Assembly (NCBI GenBank): GCA_002269645.1
Contig: NIVC01000080.1
Span: forward strand, 62,001 to 126,000
Direction: 5' to 3'
Length of the DNA stretch: 64,000 nt
Source: Macrostomum lignano
Lineage: Eukaryota
In this document: positions 10,604-22,600 of the stretch, piece after piece
Numbering within the stretch: the first letter of the stretch is position 1
How the letters are laid out: every line of letters starts with the position of its first letter
The notes under the pieces: model-generated
The model's input: the letters and a program-made list of their open reading frames with translations, nothing else
What the model was told of the DNA's origin: nothing
The model's database searches: none
Translations under genes and position numbers: made by a program

Positions 10604-12691
10604 TCACTTCTTTCTTTTCTGTCCAGCCTTTCTAGTCTGTACATTACTAACTCTGCCAGATTTACTCTTGACGCTTTTCCCGGTGCAAATTTTCTTGTCC
10701 TGCTGCTTCTGGCAGCGCCGCTCACGGAGCCGGCCCGACCACACGGTGGCTTCCACTGGGGCGCTGCCCTGCTTACTTGCTTGCTTCCTTGAAGCAAGTA
10801 TCAGCTCTTCCTTGTGCTGCTGCTGCAGCTGCTTCAGTTTCTGCTTATTTGGCCATCGTTTTCGCTTGACCTTTCGCTGTTTTGCCCTGCCAGCTGGCGG
10901 AGCATCGCTGAACTGTCGGCAGCTGCGAATGACTTCCAGAGCTGCACCAGTTGAATTCAACAGTCGGCATCGTCGTTTGAAGTTCAATTTGTGCAGATAG
11001 TTGTGAGAATCCGCCACCTCCAGCACCCAGGCTTCCATCCGCTGAGCCATCTGCGCCTCCTCCTCCGGTGTGGACGGCTGGTAGCCGTGCCGGCGCCAGT
11101 AGCGCAGCCGGTTTGCCAGCTTTTTCACCTGCGATCGACTGGTGCCCTCGGGCAGAAGCTGGCGAGCCATGGCTCGAAGCTGGTCGAGCTCGACTCGGAA
11201 GCTGCTGCTACTAGCCGCCTGCTGCTGGTATAGCGGTATGAAGGCCTCGCCAATTTGAGCTGCTGGGCGGCGGTCGGCCGAAGCTGCTGCTAGGGTGTCA
11301 CAGTTCGCAGCCTGTTGGTCCGGTATGGATTCTGCGGGTTCTGAGCGCGAGTTTTGACAAGCTGACAACAGCTCTGTATGCCTGAGAAATACATTGAGTG
11401 GCTTAGCTAGCAGTTTAACATGTCACATATATAATCATAGCTGATGTGACCACTGCTGTTTGGGATAAAGACAGGCTAGGTAGCTACCTATTTTTCTAGG
11501 GGCACTGTCCCAAAGGAAGGCGAACAAAGATCTACTGATAAAGCCTTATATAGAATGTCAGCAGGGCCGAAAATTTGAAGCCAGTGTTGAGCTCCTAACC
11601 GCCCCGTCCGGTCACAAATACGTCTGTATGTGCCTGGAACTTCAGGCTAAATTGGTGTACACAGGCTTAAGCTCTATTTTAACTCAGAAAGACGAGTACA
11701 AACAAACAGAAAACACATGCAACTAAGGCATAAATACATACATAATAGAAGTGCCGGTGATAAGAATGGGTGGTTTGGAAGTTTAAAAACAAGCTAAACC
11801 CGGGTACTGTGGAGCAAGACTCGGACGCGTTCACCGCTGAGCTGCCCTCCCACGGTATAGACTAGCAGCCTGTACTATTCTGGTAGGACAGGTCGAAGAA
11901 ATCTTTGAACCTTTTAGCTACCTGTACTGTCCTTTCAGTTGACAACAATTAATTAGCACTTTGAGGGAAACTAGAACTGAATCAAGGCGGTATATCCTAT
12001 ATACTAAAAAAGATTTTTTTTTCTATTTGCCAATGTCTTATTGGTGAGCGCGGATGCTAAAAAGCAAGCCGAGTCAACTGCACAATGGGCGAAGAAGGCA
12101 GGTAGACAAGGAAAATCAAAGCGAAAGTTTGCCAAAAAAGAGAAAAATCCAATAGCATGTCAACCACAATCAGGTACTGATCTTTCTAGTAAAGAACAAA
12201 AAAGGCAGCAGATAGAAATGGCATACAAGGCAGTCTTACCATCATAGTTGCTCCTGTCAAGGTAGTTTCCGGTTTCGGTACCAGCGGAAGTGCCAGAGGA
12301 AGCAGCAGCGGCAGCGGCAGCAGAAGTCTGCGACCGGTGACTGTTGGGCGAGAATTTATCAGTCAGATCGTAGCGACAAACCAGTTGGGAGTGAAAGGAG
12401 CCGACGCACTTGTTTAGCGAGCCAGCAGGCTGAGAGCATTGCTGCGGGATGGAGACAGATACAATATACCCGCTATTCCACTCGATAAGTTGTTGGAAAA
12501 TTTAAATGGCATTAAATATTGTTAATAGACAGAGTCAAAGTATCCGAGGTGTTTCAGCATTTTCAAAAGTATCTCACTAAGCCTGTACGTCTTGTCAATC
12601 TTACCATGTTTGCTTGATAACGGAAGTTAAAGGTAGCGAAGAGCTTCCCTCCCCGGGAAGTGGAGAATTGTAGAGGCGACAGATGCGGTAA
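10604..12691 (-). CDS. Hypothetical multi-exon protein, 3' part. Exons 12691-12605, 12441-12240, 11373-10604
   Basis: Three GT-AG-bounded exons with compatible phases (0,1) form 353 continuous codons ending at the stop of the 254-aa ORF. The product has Ala/Gln runs and a Lys/Arg-rich C-terminus. No family recognised. Confidence 0.55.
11790..11852 (-). mobile_element. Possible degenerate tRNA-derived SINE head
   Basis: The minus strand reads GGGAGGGCAGCTCAGCGGTGAACGCG...CCCGGGTTTAG, with weak A-box and B-box-like motifs. A related sequence appears near 17285-17315. Confidence 0.25.
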
Positions 12692-14943
12692 CTGCAGTAA
12701 AATTCGGAGGATAGCATCGTAAAACGATGCGCTACCTCCACCGATGCATCGCTGGCGTACCTATTCTCTGAGTTGAGTAACTTTTGGAACTGACTATTCA
12801 GCACGATGGCTCTTCTGTTATGTTGCACTGTTCCGCATTGTGTTGCATTATTAAGATAGATGCTTGATGTGTGTGCTTTTAAAATTCAGGACTAAAGTCC
12901 TACTGACTAAAGTAACTGCTCACAGGACCTAATTGAGTGGGAAATGCTACATAAAGACTGCGATGTGCTCTGAAACTGTCTTTGCCAATATTTTACTTTG
13001 CACACCGAAACGAGGAGAATAGTTTTGTACCATGCATAGATTTTCCAGTTGACCAATGGTTTCTCAGCAAAAGTACACAAGCCAGTGTGACGTCTTAACC
13101 ATAATCACTCAGTTCATTATTTTTGCCGTACCATTAGAAGTAGAAAAAAACCACGGCTATGCCAAGTAGTTGTTTAATTAGCAGGAAAAATGACCCCAGG
13201 AACTTTGATGAAAGCTATAAAATTTGATTTCCGGAGAGCATAGTCAAGGTCGGTGCTTAGATTTCCCAAGGACAGAATCCGATTTGTGAACTTTTATCAT
13301 TCAGTCATGCGCAGAAGCGAGTCGCATGGATAAAAAGGGTATATGCTAGATGTGTAAACAGTAAGGCAGTAAAATGCGCTTCCAATAGAAAAAGACGGCG
13401 GTTGAATTTCTTTTTATCCCCACATTTTTCAAGACCTCGTGTCGGTTTTATCGCACAAATTCAGTTGAGAAGCATGCCGGAGGATCAGCGGCTCCTTAAC
13501 TCATGGGAATTCAGTTTTAAGGAGAGATGGGCTGATAACGGCTAGTATCCTTCCGTTCAGAATGCTTAGCTATGAAACAAATATGAGCAAATCGCTAGGC
13601 ATTGAGACTGTGCGAGCAAGCCACAGCACAGGCTAAGACAACCTTGAGTAACAAGACTCGATTTATAAAGTGCCAATCAGACCGAAGTTTAAAGCCGTTT
13701 TCTCACTTCGAAGCCGGTTGCGGCCAAAACTTTGTCTTTGTAAATGCACCAGAAAGCTTTGTCAGAGAAAGTCCGTGACTGATGCAATATACAAAAATCG
13801 GCTTTTGGCCTAACTGGCACTATATCTGGCGCTCTCAGTACTCTGACTTAAGCTGTACTTAATTTTCGACCGCAACTTTCCTGTTTACAGCACACAAGAA
13901 CGTTGAGATGTTTAACAGTATCTTTCAGAAATGTTTTTTAAGAAATGCTTAATTTTGCATACTTTCAGTCGAATGCATTTGGAAGCACGTCCTTATCTGT
14001 TCTGTAATCTAGCTACGAAGCAAATTTATTGCTAAAAATTATTACTCCCCAGACAGTTAAAAATATCCCCTCGTCCGTTGTTTTATCGGATGAAGCCCCG
14101 TCTAAGAACTGATATTCGCTGCCACATCTGAGGGGCGTTTGGCGGGGTCGTAAAACTCAACAAACTAGCGGTTAAGCCATGGCGATGAATTCTGCCTCTT
14201 TGTTAACAACTGAGATCAACGCAGCATTATCGGCAACCAAACTCAAAGTATTCGTTCAAGCGAGGCTTAAATAACGACTAAAAAGCGATTTACGATTTAG
14301 TGGCTTCATCAGTAAAGCAGCAATTCTTTGTTAGTCCATTAACTGCACGCGCAAATGAGCTGCGCGACGATAATAAGAGCTACAAACTGGTTTTCACGAG
14401 TCAATGGAATCGGGTGCGGAAAATTGACTGCAAGCACTGGAATGTTAATTGTTGTGGCCTTAAAAGTCTCGCGACTGATTTAGGATTTTAAAGTACCCAA
14501 GTACGCTGAGACTGATAAGAATCCCATCGATTTCGTATCAAAGATACCATCCCATTTAATTAAGGGAATCCCTCACTGCTGTATAAGAATCGAAATTATG
14601 TGCAACCATTTGAGAAGTAAATGTGAATTGTCTGAAACAGTCAGAAAATTAGAAAATTAGGTTGCAAGTTCAAATGTTTATGGGCTGAATGAAAATATGG
14701 GCTTCAAAAGGCGGATCGGTAATTAGCACTCTAATTGGTTCAAGTGCTGCTATTTAAAAAATTATCTCGCTTTTAATTAAATGTGCTAAACTAGCTCCAA
14801 GGTACAAAAACATTCTCGCTAAGGATTCTAATTCTCGCGTTTGAACATGAAATTAGAGGCGGCCAGTACTGGCAAGGTGCTAAGAACACCTTTCTCTCTT
14901 CGCTTTCCTGCATATGCTTTGCAGCTCTTGACTAAAATCTCAC

Positions 14944-15328
14944 CGCATGTAGACTGCTTCAGCCGCCCTGAACACCATGTGCGAAGCTTTCTGGGACTGA
15001 GCAGAGAAGTGAGAGCTGGGGAATTGAAGAAGAAGAAGCGACAGGAAATTTGAGCTCTCTCTCATTTCTTCATTTTCCATTTCCTTCGCGGCAGCCAGGG
15101 CACCTTTTGCCTTATTATCCCTACACTTAAATCCCCAGCGCAGACAGGGAAAAATAGGGAATATCCTCTCATCTCAAAGGGGATATACCAGCCAATTTCT
15201 GATCCCTGCTGGAACTTAGCTGGCCAAATCCCAAATCCCACCCGTGCACAACAGCTCGGATGCAGGGATTTGTTGGGCAGCTGGCAGCTAAGTCGCCGCT
15301 GCAGATCCCTGAGATTATCTTCCTAGCG
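14944..15328 (-). CDS. Two candidate upstream exons (15328-15242, 15120-14944), possibly of the 10.6-12.7 kb gene
   Basis: Both are AG/GT bounded with phase 2 at each end and open when joined (ARKIISGICSGD...VVHGDNKAKGAL...AEAVYMR). Linkage to the downstream exons would need unseen intermediate exons. Confidence 0.3.
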
Positions 15329-17716
15329 CTAAGGAAAAGTAGGAAAGCAAATTAATTAAAACGCTTGCTGTCGGATGGAGCAGACAGGTTGGGATCAATT
15401 ACCATAGCACTTTTTTAAACTTGTTCAAACTGACAGACAGATTCATCTTCTACCCAATTGCTAAATGTATTATTATCCCTTAAGTCGAACTATTTATGAC
15501 TTTTAGCATAGAACTCACAATACATCAACATTCGCAAGAAGGCTGTGGAAGTCTTTGGAGACACCGTCCCGCTACCAGCGGTTAGGCAATTCTGTTTATT
15601 CTGCTGACTCTTGAGTACATACGAGTAAAAGCGTGCCGATACTGCACGCAGATGCGCACTCGTACACACGCTTACAGGGTGTACAGGTGCCTTACTTTCT
15701 AATTTTTAGACATGTACACTCTTTGTGCCTTAGAGGAGTGTGAGTCGCACGACACGCGTTTACCACTAAGCTGCACTGCTCATTGTTTATGTAAAGTGTT
15801 AGAAAATTTAAGTACAATGGATGTAATTATTTACATACTTTGATATCAAGTTCCCTACATCATTTTAAATAAAAGCGTACTTCAAAACAGTGCCTAATAT
15901 ACAGTAATTAAGATCCCTACAGTTCTTGCTTCTATGAGAAGTAAATAGCAAGTAATTTAGTTATCAGGGGTCTACAACTATAAGCAGAAATGAATTTAGC
16001 ACACGGGATTTTCTATAGGCTACTTATTTATAGGGAAAAAAACGTGTACGAAGACAAGGCTGCATAATAGAAAGCACAAGCGTGAATGCATGTATCGCAA
16101 CGCCGTGCATCACATCGCTTACTGTTACTCGCTCAGACTCTTTATCTATAGGAAAAAAGCCTACCGTAAAATCGTCTGAGAGATACACGGAAAGTGCAAG
16201 ACTAGACTACAGAACTGGGGAGAGAGAAAGAGAGAGAGAGATGGGGCAGCAGCCTGTCAATGTCGCTTAAGTTTTTAGGCGCCGGCCTGGTAAAAAGTCA
16301 CAAGTAGAAGCAGAAGCAGCACCAGCCTCGCTTTGGGGGCTTAAACTAAACGTATAAGCATGTAAGCTTTCATTTTTATCCGGGATAGTTATTAACAGTA
16401 GGAATAACAAGCCATTTTCCGCTCGAGGGGAGGGGGGACAATCCACATTGGTAGTTCTACTGTTAAGGCAGTCAAGAGTTTCAACCAGTTTGAACCCTAT
16501 TGAAAGCATTAAGAAAAATCTTTTTTGAATATCTACGCCATTTTTTTATTTTAACGAGAAAACTTGTGTACGTACAGAACGTGGGAAAGGGCCTGTCAAC
16601 TTAAGCTCATAAAGTGGAGCCCGAGTAACCTATGTACACAAATGATATGTCATTCTGCTCACAGTGACACCAGGAAGCTGGATTTGGCAAAAAAAACTAC
16701 AAAAGTTGGACCTGGGATTGGAGAGAACAAGCAAGGGGACAATTAGGGACTATTATGTAAACTTAAGCTCATAAGGTGGAATCCATAATTGAGACTGAAT
16801 TCGAGCAATCAAACTATGAGATTTGATATCTCAGAAATTCTCCAATGAGCCTTGAAATCTGAGCGATTCCCCATGAGCCTTGACATCTCAGCAATTCCCC
16901 CGTGAGCCTTGATGCCTTTAAGGCTTTGCCTCAGTTCCTTACTTTTAGCCATAAACAATCGAGAGTGAAACGGGGAACTGTCTACATAGTGGCTGCTTGG
17001 ATCGACAGACAAGACTTATATAGGTTGATTTGCATGTTTCTAACTGAAATTGAAAAGATTATGCCTAAAAAATAAGCTACTGAGCTATGAATAAAAATGC
17101 TTTTAAATATGTACGTAGAATTTACTGTTTCCATGCGGGATTCGGCTACTCTATATGTTTCAGATTTGTAATGAATTATTACAGATCAGATCTAAACAGT
17201 CCTATCTGTGAGTCCCCAACGCACAGCAGTCTCTGAGGTCTTGTATCCATCTGAATCCAATCAAAAGGCTGGGGATTGGGATGACTGTATAGCGAGGAGA
17301 GGCAGCCCTCGGGCGGTCTAAACACTCCCATGGGAAGACGCACATAGTATACATGTATAAGTGTATGAGTAGTGTGCTAGTGGCTAAATCGACGTCTCAT
17401 TTTTGCGCCGCCATCTCTCGCCCTCTCGAACAAGCAGCCCAACCATCTCTTTGATTGCGTTTCCTGTTTTTTTCTATCTACACCCTCTTGACGCTATTTC
17501 TCCTAACACACGCACGCACACACATACAATACTTCCCTACTGCTACATCTTTCTAATGTATCTATCTATAACCCAAGTATTTACTGTACTCATGCATGTG
17601 AGACTGCCAGATAAGCAGTTTCATTTTTGTTTGCCAAGCAAAACAGCTACTTTAGGACGCCTATTTCAGGGCGTACAAAAATAAATCCCGCTCTGGCCAT
17701 AGACTATATGCATACA

Positions 17717-18790
17717 TACACTGGACAGCATTTAAAATGCAACTTACTCTAACTAGAAGAACAATCAACTAACTCAGAAGAGTCAAAGCGCATAGTCTAT
17801 GGTTCATATCGAGCTTCAGAAACATGAGTAGCCTCCTCTCACAAGTAACGGGCGTTGACTCGACGTGGCATTCCCAGAACAAGGCGTCGGAAAAAATCCT
17901 GGGGAATTTGTTGCCATGCGATAGCAATAGTGCTTCGCAGGTCAGCGACTGTCTGTGGCGGATTCCGCCATACACTCCGCTTGATAAAGTCCCATGTTCA
18001 CTTGAGTTCATATCAGGGGATCTGAAGGCCACTAGAGTACGCAGGTGCAGCTAGTCCTTGAGTTCGCTGACAGCTTCTGCAGTATGCCGTTTGCGACGCT
18101 ACCGAAGTGGTTGTTAACAAAAGGGAGCAGATGCATCTGCAGCAAACGAGCGTACCCATCGCTATTCCCGTTTGCGTCTAAGAAAACCAACTGGGTCTTG
18201 TCTCGTATTGAAATTCTGCCCACCTGTGTACGCAGGGTCCTTGCCGATCGCAGCTTTGCACGTGCTGCTGCAAAAGCTCTTGCCGTGGCTCACGCTAAAC
18301 GCGAATTCGAGCATTCGACCACCACTGCAAGAAAGACAAAACTGACGCTCATCTGTAATGATAATGCGCTGCCACTGTCCTTGCCGACAGTGCGCCCGCT
18401 GCATGACCCGCAGTTCCCTATTAACGACATGTGCAGCGCTCAGACGCGGCCTCCTCTCCGCATTTTTCTTGACCTCAATCCTGTAGCTTCTCTGGCTTCT
18501 CTCTGCCATATCAATCACAGAAGCGTGGCAGGCAGTGTGGGGTTTCCACGCACTATTCTCATCAGGCGTCGATTTGCCCTCGCTGTTGTACTGAAAAGTT
18601 GGTGAAGCACCGTAACTTTTCTTAATTGAGTCACGCTTCCAGTGACCTCTGCTTTATTTTGCAGCAGACGTAAAACTATTGAAGGTGACTTCCCGAAGTG
18701 GTTCACAACTGTTCGAAGAGTACAACCTACTTTTAACATTTCAACTGCTCGCAATCTTTCTGTGTCTGTCATCTGTTGAACCATTTTCTC
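17717..18790 (-). mobile_element. Decayed Tc1/mariner transposon (transposase pseudogene split across frames)
   Basis: Consecutive minus-strand ORFs give an N-terminal HTH (TDTERLRAVEMLKVGCTLRTVVNHFGKSPSIV), RRPRLS, WQRIIITDERQFCL (first D), a mid-domain (YARLLQMHLLPF), and FRSPDMNSSEH (SPDLNPIEH motif). Candidate terminus TA|CACTGG at 17717; a matching second TIR was not found. Confidence 0.85.
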
Positions 18791-19625
18791 TATCTATCTG
18801 AAAAACATATCTATCATATCATAGGCAGTCCTTAGTCAACGCCCTGTTACTTTCGACAGGAGGCTATAAGCGTTTCCTTTCGCCTGGTTAAAACCATAGA
18901 CTAAGCGTTTTCAGGATTCTGAGCGAATAGATCTACCTTCTAGACATTTGCTCGAAACCAATCAACTACGAGCGAAATATGTGATGCCAAGACCAGAGAA
19001 AAGACAGTGGGCATTGGCCTACTTGCCTCATTGTCAAGGTTGCATCATGAAAGGAATTCTCAAAAAATCGATAGCATCACTTCCAAAACTTCGTGCTTGA
19101 AACCACAGCCCTCCTGCGAATATGTATTTATAACTATGCATTTTGACGACAACAAAAGCATATGTCTAACTACTGCTTTTTAAAAACCCAAATTTTGCGA
19201 CCCAGTTTGCTCAATCTTGAAGATAAAAAATCAATCGATTGAAGTGACTGACAGTCAGTTAGGGAGAATGAAAGATGAAAGGAAGCAGGAGCTGTAAAAT
19301 ATTAATGAATACCCGGCTATTCGCACAAGAGGAACACAAGGGCCAAATCTGACAATTGCGCCAGTTCGCCTGAAATTCAAAATTTTAAAGAGCACTTAGA
19401 CAAATTGGATGGGATGGTTGGTGGCCTTCCTGATATGGAACGAAAATTCACTAAGAAATATTAAAATGCACGTTATGTTGATGTTGGAGAGCTCGATTCT
19501 CACAGGGTAAAATTATATGCAATGCAATTCCAGCATGTCTGTATAGTGTATACCTAGACAAGGATTTTGAAATATTGGATTTTAATGCAGAACAAGTGAA
19601 CCACAAGCAAGAATCGTGCACTCAC

Positions 19626-22600
19626 ATGTACCGAGTGACCCCGTCTGGCACAGTTGCAGCAGTAGGCAAACGGACTGACTTGTCCCACAATGCTATCAAA
19701 GCAAGTACTGTCGCAGTCGTTCAACAAATCCATTGTGGATTCTCCTTGCCGTTTTTCATTGCCCTCGGATTCATTGCCGACTGTCGGATTCGATGTCTGT
19801 TGATGTTGCTGGGACTGCACTGGCGGACATCCTGGCAACACCTAGTAAAAATGAGCGAATATGCGATTCTGCATAGTCAATCTAATAATAGCAAGCAGCA
19901 GGTGAGGTGAAGCACAAAAAATGCATTTGCGTAATTGTATTATCATGTACTCTAAGCTAATTAGTACTAGGTTCTTTACCTGCACAGTTAACAGTAAGAC
20001 GAATAAGATAGTTAAATTAGCAACTGTCGAAGTGAAAGATGTCAAGGCAAAAAAGAGTGCTCAATATGGTTCAAGTGCGCAATGAAGCATAATATGGCGC
20101 TATCTGACTACTTTTGCAGCCCACTGTTTCTGACGCTGAATTCGATTTAGCTACTTCAATGCTCAGATTTTTACGCTACGTTTAACTTACAAGTGTCGCT
20201 GAACATAGTATAGGCACATAGCAGTAAATGTCTTGAGCTACTTCTCATAAATGTCTTGGGCTGTTCATAAAGCTCGAAATTTTACATTGTGGAAAGTTAT
20301 AATCGCTTATAAAGTCGAAACTTTACATCGTAAAAAACGTCTTGCCAGTAACTTTCACAAGCTCACCACTTGAACTATTTCGACTTTGTGAAGTCGTTTG
20401 GCATTCTAGGCATGGGCGTAAAAAACCTCGATGCCGAATGGCCAAAGTCAATGAGCTAATTGGCATCACAAAAATAAAATAGTTTCAGATTCTACTTTGG
20501 CTAACATCCAATATATGACCCCTTGACCTGCCTTAACCTCCCCATTGCAGTTAAGCAATAGTTTCAAATGGCAGGGAGCAGCTAGTGCCAGGGGGCAGCT
20601 GCTTCTTCTTTCCAACATCCCTATTCCGTTTTATCCCAACTTTTTAACTCCCGAGTTTCTGAAAAGGGATATTCTCAAAGCCGGGAAAAGGACATTTAAA
20701 TTAGTTTAGAAATAAGACACGGCAATGGTAAATGTGCCTCAATGACACTATGCTATAGCATCTGTATACAACGAAAAGCTTCGCATTAAGTAAGTATCAA
20801 TCCCGTTAGTTTCAGTTTATTAAAACAAATGGATAAGCAAAATCTAAACTGTTACAATATTAGTCGCCGAACGTGACTGACTGTCTGACTTCGAAAAAAA
20901 CTTTCCAACTCGATGAAGGAATAAGCGGAGCTAAAACTTGGCAGTTTTCACACGTTCTTACTTATACTTCCATCTGGGAACATAAACTCTACTATACTCT
21001 CCGTGAAGCGGCCTGTCCAATTAAGCCACACGTACGTCTCAATCAAAACAGATCCTATCCCAGCAACGTGACAAATTTTCCAAAATTTTTAAGAGATGGA
21101 CATACTCTGGGTACTAATGAGACTTATTTCTCATTATACTTATGTGGGTTAATATTACATTTCTATTATTATTTAAGTTTATCAAAACATCTAGTAATTC
21201 TACATCTAGTAGGGTTAGGGTTAGGGCTAGGGTTAGGGTTAGAAGGTTGACAGATTTTTTAAGATTTCAAGGCTTATGGGGCATTGCTAAGATGTCAAGG
21301 GGGTTGATATGCTAAGGCTTGTGGGGGGATTTTCTGACATGTCAAGGCTTACAATGTATAATGCAAAGAGACGCTTACATGTAGTTTATTAAGAAAACTT
21401 GTACTGCATTTTTTCGCTCCCCAACGGGGGGCGCTGATTGCTAGTTACATTTCTATTATTTCTATTATCATTTAAGTTTATCAAAACATCTAGTAATTCT
21501 TCCCATTAAAAGTATGAAATTGTGTTAGAAACTCTAAGCAGCTGAGGGAGCTTTTTTAAAATAAACAGTAAAAGTCTAGTGAAAGGTAGAGGATTAAACA
21601 AAGACCGCCCGAAATTATTCCGACAATTGTATCTTACAAGCCGGAAGTGACTTATCTAAATGATAAGCCTTAGTAATATTTAATGATTTAATAATTGTCT
21701 TGCTGCAGTGCTAATAACAACATGCATATTACACTACTAATGCTAATATGTAAGTAGCGCCTCAAGAATTTCACTATAATTGCATGAAAAGTAATACGGA
21801 AGAAGCATCAAAACTTACAGTTGAATGATACTGTCGCCAGATGTCGGGGCATTGCTGCAATGATTGAAAGGGGAACACATTATATAAGTCAAACTAATAA
21901 GAAATCTATACTGTTATATAAAGCCTTACTAAACTTATAGTAACGGATTACAGTCGTTTCGGTGACAAGACGTTTCGGTGACAAGCAGAAGTCATTTCGG
22001 TGACAAGAAAAATACAATTTTAGTTATAGCCGTTCTTAAAATTATCTTAAGGGATATTGAGCCTAAAATTTTATATTTTTTTAAACAGTTAAGTATTTCT
22101 GTATTTAATTTTGTTTATTTACAATTATAGAGTTGCGGTCTTTTGAATTATGTTTTCTAATTTAAACATGCAAAAGCGTCGACGAGTGAATATCTCCGCC
22201 TTTCTCGTGGTCTGCATTTCATGAGGATTCTCTCTAGGTTTATGGTTTGTGTCTGAACACTCTGGGACAATTCAAAACGATCTGCACAGGAAGAAAACAA
22301 TATAATTAGTTTGCTTTCTTTTTTTAAATATATTCTTTCGACGAAAATTTTTAAATACATTACGAAACATAAATCTTAACAAAATAACTACAACCGAATA
22401 TTATGAAACGCCTCTTATCACTAAAATAACAATACTCATGAAATCTTTGATTTTTCATTGAAAATGAAGTGTGTCTATCACAATTGCAACTTGTCACCGA
22501 AACGACTATTTGTCACCGAAACGTTTGTCACCGAAACGTCTTGTCACCGAAACGACTGGTACCCATAGTAACTATTGAATAGATTGGCCACTCAGGCACA

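Noticed and set aside
15965-15978. CAGGGGTCTACAAC hAT-like left TIR
   Set aside because: No partner TIR or TSD found; too short to call.
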